Positions 48,157-56,834 of a stretch of 64,000 bases of DNA are shown here, piece after piece. Position 1 is the stretch's first letter, and the number at the start of each line of letters is the position of its first letter. Both the position numbers and the translations under genes were made by a program. Origin of the DNA: Planctomycetia bacterium (lineage in GTDB: Bacteria; Planctomycetota; Planctomycetia; Pirellulales; Pirellulaceae); contig JANODD010000147.1 of the NCBI GenBank assembly GCA_031412515.1, forward strand, positions 5,110-69,109, written 5' to 3'. The notes under the pieces were generated by a model. The model was not told the origin of the DNA and did no database searches. It saw nothing but the letters and a program-made list of their open reading frames with translations.

Positions 48157-50253
48157 CTAGTGTTCCAGTTTAGTCAGTTTTTGACTGGTCATCTGAGAAC
48201 TTCCCCATCGTTTGAGGTACCAGCATCTCCGTGGTACTTCAGATTCTGTTTCTGAATACAGCCTAAACTTGCTTTCAGTGGGTGCGAGTCCGGCCACGCT
48301 CATCTCTATCCGATGTTCCCCTTCTCGTCCGGACCAAAGGAAAGGCGTAGTTCCCACATGATGCCCATCAATCTGCACACTGGCACCATTGGGAAACGAT
48401 TCAATTACGGTCGATACCATGGGGATCGAGTCCAGTTCAAAGTTTTGTAGCTTCTCAGAATCAATTAGCCGACGCTCCGCCTTTCCTTCATAACCTTCGG
48501 CAGTTATTTCAAGCACATAGGTTCCCCAAGCTAGCTCCAAGAATCTAGGTTTCCCTTCATTAGAATCAGCAAGCACTCCATCGATTATAAGTTTTGCCGT
48601 TTCCGGTTTAATCTCAAACGGAACCTTGTAAATTTCTCTGTTCAGTCTGATGATTCGCTCGTCAGTTGATTCAGACGCAATCATGACTTCTTGATGCCAT
48701 GGTTGATAGGAAGGAGCTCGAATCTCTAGCACGATTGAGCCGACCGGACCATTAACAATGATTGGCGAATCTGATTGCTTGCGGACAAGCGTGAACGCTG
48801 CCCTGTCGGCATCAGTCTTCGAGCTGTACTGCGAAGCTTGTTCGCTTTCTGCCGGTTTGATTGCTTCAGCAGCTGCACTCTCGGTCACCCGGATCGACTG
48901 CAATTCGCCGTCAATAAAGACCTGCAGTGTGTCGAGACTCGGTCCCTTGGGATCTTTCAGCACGATCAATTTCAAAGTACCAAGCGGTAGTTGAGGCGCC
49001 TCAACCTCTTGGAGATTCAAGTCGCTGAACAGGTGATCGTATTCAAATTGCTGCGCCGACGGTTCGTCATCAGGATTCTCGACTTGCTGCACCTTTGGAT
49101 CAGCGTTTTGATTCTTCGAAGGGATCAACATCATCAGTAGTATCAACAAGCCCACAGTCGACGAAGCTAGAGTGATTGTTTTTTTGTTATTGAGTAACTT
49201 CAATTGCTTAGTTACATAAGTGCACAGTCCTTGCCACGAAGCAGACTTCTTCTCACCCTGACCTGCCACTATCGGTGAGTACAGGTTAGGGCTGTTGTAG
49301 ATTACGGTGGCACTATCAAAAGACGCTTGCTCTCCAATGCCACTCATTCGCTGAAGGCCGTTCGTTCCGCCAGAGGTTGGCGAAAACGACATAGGACAGA
49401 TTGTTCCAAGTGCTTCCGACGCAGTGGCAAAGCGCAAGCCCGCTTGTTTTTGTACAAGCCCTTCGATCAACGTGGCAAGATCAGAGGGTACATTGGGAAC
49501 GATAGTCTGTATCGACGCGACAGGTTCCGACGAGGCGTGCCAGGCCGACCAAGCGATAGGATCATTCTGCCGCTTGCGATCCATGCCCTTAAATAATTTG
49601 ATGAACTTCTCACCTGCAATCAATTGCAACGCAAGAATACCCACCGAGTAAAGGTCAGCGTTCACACCAGGTTGGCCAAAGTGCTTTGGATTCAATATCT
49701 CTGGGGCGCAGTGCAAGTTCTTTTCATCGGGGCATCGAAATTCGCCTTCATTGACTGATTCGGAAAGATTGCTCAGCCGAATGTTGCCTTGCCGATCGAC
49801 TAGCAGCGAATCCATCGGGAGTTGACCGTGGCAACGGCCCATTGCGTGAAGATAGCGCAGTCCTTCGAGAACCTGTTTGAGGATATCGCGAACACGAGCA
49901 ATTGCTAGTCCGGCCTTACCACCTTCGTTTGCTATGTTGGTTTGCATGGGTTCCATGACGACCCAGAATCGATCGCGATCGATACCATAGACGCGCAATA
50001 TATTGGCATGATTGAGACCTGCAAGAACGGTGGCTTCTCCCCAGAAGGCTTCTACAACTTCAGCGTCTTCTCGGAATTCAGGTCGAAGTTCCTTGATGGC
50101 GATGTCGCGTTTTAGCTCGTGGTCGTAACCTTCATAAATCGTCGATACCGAGCCAGAATCAATGACTCCGAAGCGTTCGTAGGTCTCGATAGTGCTTTGT
50201 GCTTGGTTCATGGCGTTTCCGCTTCGATTCTCAAGTGTAGAGTCTAGATTCAA
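48157..50253 (-). CDS. Ser/Thr kinase-fold membrane protein (probable pseudokinase) with C-terminal PEGA domains
   Basis: DIAIKEL, LNHANILRVY, APEIL, DLYSVG; HRD replaced by HGQ and DFG by NLS; TM helix; IESFPNGASVQIDGHHVGTTP (PEGA). Confidence 0.82.
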   Translation of the reverse strand: MNLDSTLENRSGNAMNQAQSTIETYERFGVIDSGSVSTIYEGYDHELKRDIAIKELRPEFREDAEVVEAFWGEATVLAGLNHANILRVYGIDRDRFWVVMEPMQTNIANEGGKAGLAIARVRDILKQVLEGLRYLHAMGRCHGQLPMDSLLVDRQGNIRLSNLSESVNEGEFRCPDEKNLHCAPEILNPKHFGQPGVNADLYSVGILALQLIAGEKFIKLFKGMDRKRQNDPIAWSAWHASSEPVASIQTIVPNVPSDLATLIEGLVQKQAGLRFATASEALGTICPMSFSPTSGGTNGLQRMSGIGEQASFDSATVIYNSPNLYSPIVAGQGEKKSASWQGLCTYVTKQLKLLNNKKTITLASSTVGLLILLMMLIPSKNQNADPKVQQVENPDDEPSAQQFEYDHLFSDLNLQEVEAPQLPLGTLKLIVLKDPKGPSLDTLQVFIDGELQSIRVTESAAAEAIKPAESEQASQYSSKTDADRAAFTLVRKQSDSPIIVNGPVGSIVLEIRAPSYQPWHQEVMIASESTDERIIRLNREIYKVPFEIKPETAKLIIDGVLADSNEGKPRFLELAWGTYVLEITAEGYEGKAERRLIDSEKLQNFELDSIPMVSTVIESFPNGASVQIDGHHVGTTPFLWSGREGEHRIEMSVAGLAPTESKFRLYSETESEVPRRCWYLKRWGSSQMTSQKLTKLEH

Positions 50254-50262
50254 ATCCGATAC

Positions 50263-51375
50263 TCAGCTTGGTGAACAGTACATTTCCGTCGAGTGAACAA
50301 CTTGATTGCCGAGTCCCATGCGAAATGGTTCGTCCGCAAAACTCGGGCGTGTTCCGCTTGCGACTAAATTCCCTCGCAAATTTCCTGAATCATCCGTGCC
50401 GTCCGCTTCAAAGCGGTATAGCTCGCGCCAGGTGTATTCATTCTTTTCATCGAGGCCACATGCTTCGGCGATCGAATGAACTCGGCGCGATCCATCGGGC
50501 AGGCGCATGATCTGAACGACGATGTGCAGTGCCGACGCCACTTGAGCGCGTGCTACGTAAATAGGCAATTCCGCATCGTTCATCAGACACAGCGTTTCCA
50601 ATCGACGTGCCGCATCGCGAGGAGTGTTGGCATGAACCGTTGTTAGTGAGCCAGCATGCCCCGATATCATCGACTGAATCAAGTCCAGCGCTTCACCACG
50701 TCGTACTTCGCCTACGATGATCCGATCTGGTCGCATGCGCAGCGAGTCAACGAACAGGTCGCGAATAGTCACCGCCTTTTGGCCGTCAACCTGCGTCGAC
50801 TGAGCTTCGAGGTAAACGGTATGTTTCTGGTTGAGTTGCAATTCCGAGCTATCTTCAATAACAATGATTCGCTCGTTCTCTGGGATGGCCGTAGACAACG
50901 CGTTCAGTAGCGATGTTTTACCGGTGCCTGTCCCACCTGATATCACGATATTCTTGTGCATTTGAACGCACAGCGACAGGAACTCAGCGGCGCTACTGCT
51001 CATTGAACCTCGTTCGACCAGTTTTGCCAGGTCAAAGGTCGATTTCTGAAATTTGCGAATTGTGAGACATGGTCCAACTCGAGAAGCAGGCGGCACGATT
51101 GCATGAACCCGCTCGCCGCCCGGCAGGCGACCATCAATGCTGTGATTCACATCAATGCGTCGGTTCGAATATTCTGCGATATTCCGAATCGCCGCCATTA
51201 ACGACGACTCCGCTGCAAAGGCCGCATCGGCCAAGTGAATCCGCCCAGCCCGCTCAAAGTAAACTTGGTCATGTCCAACCACCATCACCTCTGTGACAGT
51301 CGCATCATCAAGAAGTCCCTGAATTGGCTTTAGGAAATGCTTCAGCGTTTTTTGGTAAATCTCTGGGGCACTCAC
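50263..51375 (-). CDS. cpaF: CpaF/TadA family pilus assembly ATPase
   Basis: LLDDATVTEVMV, DGRLPGGERVH, GGTGTGKTSLL, LRMRPDRIIVGEVR, GHAGSLTTVHAN. Confidence 0.9.
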   Translation of the reverse strand: MSAPEIYQKTLKHFLKPIQGLLDDATVTEVMVVGHDQVYFERAGRIHLADAAFAAESSLMAAIRNIAEYSNRRIDVNHSIDGRLPGGERVHAIVPPASRVGPCLTIRKFQKSTFDLAKLVERGSMSSSAAEFLSLCVQMHKNIVISGGTGTGKTSLLNALSTAIPENERIIVIEDSSELQLNQKHTVYLEAQSTQVDGQKAVTIRDLFVDSLRMRPDRIIVGEVRRGEALDLIQSMISGHAGSLTTVHANTPRDAARRLETLCLMNDAELPIYVARAQVASALHIVVQIMRLPDGSRRVHSIAEACGLDEKNEYTWRELYRFEADGTDDSGNLRGNLVASGTRPSFADEPFRMGLGNQVVHSTEMYCSPS

Positions 51376-51795
51376 AGCTAGGGTACTCTTTTTGATGACG
51401 AATTTATGCGGGTTCTTTTTTTAAATTACAGTCGACGTCACTCGCAAACGGGTGGCAAGAATACGTCCCTCACTGAAGAGATACGGAACTAAAGAAAACG
51501 CTGGACAGCGAACATTCCGATATTGCCTGTCCTTGATAATTCTTGAAACAAGCCGCCCTCGGTGGTGTTCTGGCCGATTGTGAGAGTGGTTAATTAGAGC
51601 TGCCGGACGGTACTTGAGTCCCATCCTACGTTTGCTAGCAACATGATTCCTTGCAATAGGCCTGATCTGCCCTACCGCTGAAAGGCGGATATCTGCTACG
51701 ACTCCATTTGCTGATAGGTCAAAGTTTGCGCATCAGGCAATTCTCGATAGAGCCCTACCAGTAAAGATACTAGCTCGACTTTATTTATTGCTGAC

Positions 51796-54357
51796 ATGGA
51801 CGTCGCAGTTATGAAGAATTTTAACGTCAGACTTTCCGCGATCGGTGGTTTCTTACTACTCGTTTCAATCGCTTTTGCACTTGCACAGCATGACTCGAGA
51901 AAAAACAGTCGAACGGTTGAAAGTGCGGTTCAAGCACCGACCCAACCTGCTTTACCGATCGCTATGGATATCGAGGATATCGATTGGCATCAAGCATCGG
52001 CTAAACAGCACGTCGACGTGAAGGACCCGCCTCCTAGAGTGCGCGGCAACGACAATCAATCGTATACCGCTGACTCTGCACCTATCCCACCCAATGACGA
52101 ATCCTACGAGAATCCACTTCGAGGTAGCGCGCAAGCTTACGCAGTTGTCACTGCGTCAGGTGAAGGTCCAGCTACTCAAACCAATTCGCCGTCATCACTT
52201 CCTGGGCCTCCTTCATGGTTGACAGAAAGTCAGCCTGCGGTGGCCTCTCAGGCCCCGCCGCCGAACAAGCCAGCCGTAGGTAAGTTATCACCTGGACTGC
52301 AAGCTGCAACCATTCCGCCGCTTCCATCCACAGCACAGCTACCCAGTACAAACACACCCAGCGTCCCTTCTAATGCTGGCCCAGGTTTTCCGGCGTTTCC
52401 GATTAACGCCGGCACAGCCACGCCGCAAGAATCGCTCGCAGCCCCGTCCACATTGCTGCCCTCCGCATCAGCCCCTGGCTTGCTACCTACTGAAGACACA
52501 ACATCGAACTTTCCATCTCAGCCGTTTCCACAAAATTCTGCTCAACAAAACTCGCCTCCTCGAAACTTAAATCCACAAAACTTAACGCCCTTTCCAAACA
52601 GTAGTGCAAACCCGACTGGCTTACCTGCAGCGCCGGTGAACTCTTCGATGTCGGATACACAACGCGGGGCAATGTCTCCGACGACGTTTCCGCCGCAAAC
52701 AGCTTCGCCACTCAATAGCCCTGCGCGGATGAATGAACAACCGACTTCGTCCAATCAAGGACTCCCTACGAACGATCGTTCCGCGCCCAGTGGTTATCCT
52801 CCATCGAACAACACTTTGCCACGAGGTACGCCAGTCTCAGCGACTCGCGATAACCCAGCACAAAACAACTATGGTCAATCCAGTTTTAATCCCTTGCCAA
52901 CGCAGAATACGAGCTCTCGAACGCCAGCAGCACTTACGTCGCTAGTTAGCAACGAACCAGGCAGCCGCTATCTCGATGGCTCACAGAATCCGATCATGCT
53001 GATTCAAAAACGCGGACCGGAAGAAGTTCGCGTCGGCAAGAAAGCAACGTTTGTGATCACTGTCCGCAACGCAGGCAACTCAACCGCACACGATGTAATC
53101 GTCGTTGATAGTGTTCCGCTCGGTATGCGATTCAGCGAAGCGAACCCTCAAGTCAATCCAAGCGCCGAAGGCATTTTGACTTGGAAGCTTGGCGAAATGC
53201 CTGCCGGAGATGAACGCACGATCAACTTGCAAATGATCCCTGAACGCCAAGGCGAATTGGGCAGTGTAGCCACCGTTCACTTCACTGCGCAAGCATCACT
53301 TCGGACTGTCGCAACTCAACCCAAACTCGAAATCCAAATCGAAGCCCAACAAGAGTCTTTGATCGGCGATTCGCAGTTGATTGCGGTGATCGTAAAGAAT
53401 GTTGGAACCGGTGTGGCCCGCGGCGTTCGATTGGAAGCCGATTTGCCCGGTCAATTGCGCCATGAAAGCGGTGATCAACATCTCGAAGCGATCTTTCCGA
53501 ACGAGCTCGGCCCCAATCAAAGCCAACGCATTGAACTCCGCTCGACAGCCGCCCAGCCAGGCGATGCCACTTGTGTTATCCGTGCACTCACCGAAGACGG
53601 CACAGAAGCCCAACAGCAAGTTCCCATTACTGTCCTATCACCAGCTCTCGCGGCTCAAATTGAAGGACCACGCCTGCGGTATCTTGATCGACAAGCAACC
53701 TATAAATTTAAAATCCAGAACAACGGAACCGCACCGGCGACCAACTTGAAATTTGTGGTGAGGCTGCCGGGTGGCCTGCGATTCAACGCTTCGGACAACA
53801 ATCTCGCCGACTACAATCCGTCCGACCACACCGTATCACTCGGATTGCAGGAATTGCCTATCGGTCAACCTGCCGTATTTGAATTGACGGTCCTGCCCGT
53901 TGAACGAGGCACTCAAGTGTTGACTCTGAACGCTACAGCGGATCTTGGTCTATCAGCAGAAGCCAAGGGGCAAGTTGTTGTCGAAGGCCTTGCCGAATTG
54001 GCGTTCACGATCGGTCAAGACAACGGCACCATCGAAGTCGGCTCTTCATCTACCTATACAGTGCAAGTCACCAACATTGGGAACAATCCGGATAAAGATG
54101 TAAAGCTGGCTGTTCAGTTGCCTCCCGGTGCGCAAGTCCTGAAGGTCGATGCGCCGGTACGATATCGCGCTGAAGGCAATCAAATTGTATTCGAGCCGAT
54201 TCCGGAAATGCGCAACAAAGATCAATTTACGTTCCGCTTCACCGTTCAACACACCAAAGCCGGTTCGTTGATCGTTCGCACGCAATTGACCAGCGTCAAC
54301 TGGCCAGTTGCCGTAGTGAAAGAAGAAGGCACACTTGTCTATGACGATCAAAACTAG
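51796..54357 (+). CDS. DUF11 repeat exported protein with long Pro/Ser/Asn-rich linker
   Basis: Signal peptide ending ALA-Q; four repeats of the type ATFVITVRNAGNSTAHDVIVVDSVPLG. Confidence 0.82.
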   Translation: MDVAVMKNFNVRLSAIGGFLLLVSIAFALAQHDSRKNSRTVESAVQAPTQPALPIAMDIEDIDWHQASAKQHVDVKDPPPRVRGNDNQSYTADSAPIPPNDESYENPLRGSAQAYAVVTASGEGPATQTNSPSSLPGPPSWLTESQPAVASQAPPPNKPAVGKLSPGLQAATIPPLPSTAQLPSTNTPSVPSNAGPGFPAFPINAGTATPQESLAAPSTLLPSASAPGLLPTEDTTSNFPSQPFPQNSAQQNSPPRNLNPQNLTPFPNSSANPTGLPAAPVNSSMSDTQRGAMSPTTFPPQTASPLNSPARMNEQPTSSNQGLPTNDRSAPSGYPPSNNTLPRGTPVSATRDNPAQNNYGQSSFNPLPTQNTSSRTPAALTSLVSNEPGSRYLDGSQNPIMLIQKRGPEEVRVGKKATFVITVRNAGNSTAHDVIVVDSVPLGMRFSEANPQVNPSAEGILTWKLGEMPAGDERTINLQMIPERQGELGSVATVHFTAQASLRTVATQPKLEIQIEAQQESLIGDSQLIAVIVKNVGTGVARGVRLEADLPGQLRHESGDQHLEAIFPNELGPNQSQRIELRSTAAQPGDATCVIRALTEDGTEAQQQVPITVLSPALAAQIEGPRLRYLDRQATYKFKIQNNGTAPATNLKFVVRLPGGLRFNASDNNLADYNPSDHTVSLGLQELPIGQPAVFELTVLPVERGTQVLTLNATADLGLSAEAKGQVVVEGLAELAFTIGQDNGTIEVGSSSTYTVQVTNIGNNPDKDVKLAVQLPPGAQVLKVDAPVRYRAEGNQIVFEPIPEMRNKDQFTFRFTVQHTKAGSLIVRTQLTSVNWPVAVVKEEGTLVYDDQN

Positions 54358-54441
54358 TGGCGTATGCTTCCAGCTTGCGATGAGTGGCCTAAGCTTCCAG
54401 GTTGGAAATTTGATTCCCCCCAGGCTAGAAGCCTAGGCTAC
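54357..54441. repeat. REP-like family B inverted pair (GTRG-type)
   Basis: GTGGCGTATGCTTCCAGCTTGCGAT (25/25 with the reverse complement of 3845-3869), GTGGCCTAAGCTTCCAGGTTG, inverted CAGGCTAGAAGCCTAGGCTAC. Confidence 0.85.
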
Positions 54442-54465
54442 GAGCAAGCAGGATGTATACCCCAC

Positions 54466-55218
54466 TTATAGATCTTGAATGGTCTTCTCAAGTCTTCGAA
54501 TCTGAACACGCACGGGTTCGAGGTCTGGATAGACGTCGATCGCTTGGCGGAACCAAAATAGGGCTTCGAGCAAATCGCCTCGCTCAGCGTGGCAATGTCC
54601 TAAGCCGATCATGGCCGCGTAATGATACGAGTTCAGCTTCAGAGCCTTGCGGCAGTCCTCTATCGCTAGCTCAATCGAATCAAGCTGAAACAGGGCCAAT
54701 GATCGTTGGTGATACAGTTCCGGCGAACCATCAGAAGCCGCGATCTTTTCACTTGCCAGTTCAACGACGCTTTCAAATTCACCGCATTCGTTTAGCCGCA
54801 CGATTCGCTCGAGCAGCTGTCGGTCTTGAATCGAACCTTCACGCAACCAAATGGATCGCAGTGCGTCGTCCACCACCAGTCGCAGCTTTCGATCTGCACT
54901 CCGCAGCAAGGGACCGAGAACTAAGTTGCTGCGTCCATCGCCGACCAAACCTAATGCCAATGCCGATGCGCGTCGCGCATAGGTATCACCAGACTGCACC
55001 AATCGCTCTAAGGTCGCTTGTGAGTACCGACCCGACACCGAAGCAATAAAGCGTGCAGTGTCCGAATCACTCAAATAGCGATGATAAAATCGGAGCAGTA
55101 ATGAATGGCGAGTTGCTCGCTCCTCCACTGGTATGACCCTTCGCTGTTCTTCTCGTGGTATAATTCTATTGGTTCGCGAACAAGTCGCACGGTCCAGTAT
55201 AATCACACAATGCTCCAC
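54466..55218 (-). CDS. HEAT-repeat plus TPR protein
   Basis: ARRASALALGLVG (HEAT); ELYHQRSLALFQL, YAAMIGLGHCH (TPR). Confidence 0.8.
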   Translation of the reverse strand: MEHCVIILDRATCSRTNRIIPREEQRRVIPVEERATRHSLLLRFYHRYLSDSDTARFIASVSGRYSQATLERLVQSGDTYARRASALALGLVGDGRSNLVLGPLLRSADRKLRLVVDDALRSIWLREGSIQDRQLLERIVRLNECGEFESVVELASEKIAASDGSPELYHQRSLALFQLDSIELAIEDCRKALKLNSYHYAAMIGLGHCHAERGDLLEALFWFRQAIDVYPDLEPVRVQIRRLEKTIQDL

Positions 55219-55348
55219 GGCAATTCCTTACATTTTCATTCATTAGCCAGCATATGCACTGCATCGCGTTCAACCTTACAAGCGATTCGTTAGAACCCTC
55301 GCAATCAGCCCAGACTGAAACGCCTAGTCACCCCTGTTTATCTAAGGT

Positions 55349-56530
55349 GTGCTAATGGTGCGACCAATTAGCAATGAAAATCGCAATACCTTTTGTTGGA
55401 CACTTCGTCTAACGCTTGCCTTAACATTGGCTTCCCTCCCGGTGCAGCCGCTTGTTGCGCAAGAGTCACTGAAGATTGAGTTTAATCTCCTTACTCTGCC
55501 TAGTTGCCGTCAAACCCTCATCGCACTCAATTCACCTGCGTTAGCAACCTTTGAAAAACGGCCGCTTGGTGAGTGCTTTAGGACACTTGGCGACGCGTAC
55601 CGTGTTCCGATTTGGGTCGACCGACGCGTGGACCTTAGTCGACTGGTGACGGTCGTTGGCGTTCAAGCGAATGAACCACCTGAGGCTAGGACAACTTTGG
55701 GTCGACTGACAGCGGTCGCAAAGCTCGGTGGGGCCGATGCAGGTCTGGTCGAGAACGTTGTTTACGTTGGCCCAGCGGATCAAATTGGTTCAATTCAACG
55801 AGCGGCGGTTCGGTTACATAATGAGATCATGACAAGTCGCAAAGGAGCATCAAAAACTGCGCAGGTCGAATCTCGCTCATTGAGCTGGAAGGATATAACG
55901 ACACCCGCCGAGTTGCTTGAGGATATTCAAAAGCAATGGTCAATAGAAGTCAGTTCCGATTTACCTCACGATCTCATGCACGCCGGTGAGCTGCCTTCAT
56001 CAACACTGGCAACGCAATTGACGCTTTTGCATGCGGGGTTCGGTCGACAGGTCGAGTGCAGCAGCGGGGTATTTACTACCAGCCCGCTAGTACAAGAGTC
56101 CGTTTGGCAAGCCGAGTATGCAGATAACGAACTGCAGAATGAGCGACTAGCGGCCGCGCGTAAAGAATTTCCTAGTGCGACCTTGCAAGTCAAGGGTAAA
56201 GTGTCGACTGTTACTGGCCCAACAGGATTTCATTTGCGATTGCTGGCCCTTCGTGTTCCAGCCTCTCGCGTACCGAACTCTCGCAATGTAGAACCGAAGT
56301 ATAAGATCCCAGAAATTCGTGCGCCGCTCGAACGTGTCATTGGCGAGTTAGCGAGGAAACTAGGCATGGAGGTCAAGTGGTCTAATGACATTCCAGAAAT
56401 CAAAAGACTGACGGTCATAACTTTCGGTGTTTCAAAGGATAAGACCGTGGATGAAATACTCAAACAAATCGCCGATGAGAACGGCTTGAATATCCAGAGA
56501 CAGCAGCAGACAATTGAAGTCTCGCCATAA
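55349..56530 (+). CDS. Exported hypothetical protein with STN/N0-like domains
   Basis: Signal peptide ending LVA-Q; IPIWVDRRVD-like segment; C-terminal APLERVIGELARKLG...TVDEILKQIA. Confidence 0.6.
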   Translation: MLMVRPISNENRNTFCWTLRLTLALTLASLPVQPLVAQESLKIEFNLLTLPSCRQTLIALNSPALATFEKRPLGECFRTLGDAYRVPIWVDRRVDLSRLVTVVGVQANEPPEARTTLGRLTAVAKLGGADAGLVENVVYVGPADQIGSIQRAAVRLHNEIMTSRKGASKTAQVESRSLSWKDITTPAELLEDIQKQWSIEVSSDLPHDLMHAGELPSSTLATQLTLLHAGFGRQVECSSGVFTTSPLVQESVWQAEYADNELQNERLAAARKEFPSATLQVKGKVSTVTGPTGFHLRLLALRVPASRVPNSRNVEPKYKIPEIRAPLERVIGELARKLGMEVKWSNDIPEIKRLTVITFGVSKDKTVDEILKQIADENGLNIQRQQQTIEVSP

Positions 56531-56834
56531 CCCCTGTGAGCCGACGGCGCTAGCCATAACCCCTGTGAGCCGACGGCACTAGCCTTAACCCCTGTGAGCC
56601 GACGGCACTAGCCTTAACCCCTGTGAGCCGATGGCACTAGCCGCGGGTGAACGAAGTGGTTAACTTCACATCATCCACTGACTGCCATATGCCGAACGAT
56701 TCTCAAGACTATGAACCATCTGAACATACGACTATGAGCAAAAAATAACTTTGGTGAGACATTAACTTTCGAGTGATAGTCGAACGATCAAAGCGGCTGA
56801 CTTCGTTCACCCGCGGCTAGCGCCAACGGCTCAC
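56524..56834. repeat. REP-like family A inverted pair; left arm amplified to four 29-bp copies
   Basis: GCC(A/T)TAACCCCTGTGAGCCGA(C/T)GGC(G/A)CTA at 56524, 56553, 56582, 56611; inverted copy at 56800-56834. Confidence 0.92.

Noticed and set aside
47835-48157. ORFs with PAASADGSL or SEPSALAAG repeats
   Set aside because: Translations of the 30-bp REP array; no RBS or homology evidence.
54453-55049. 198-aa plus-strand ORF
   Set aside because: Antisense to the HEAT/TPR gene; Arg-rich composition typical of shadow frames.
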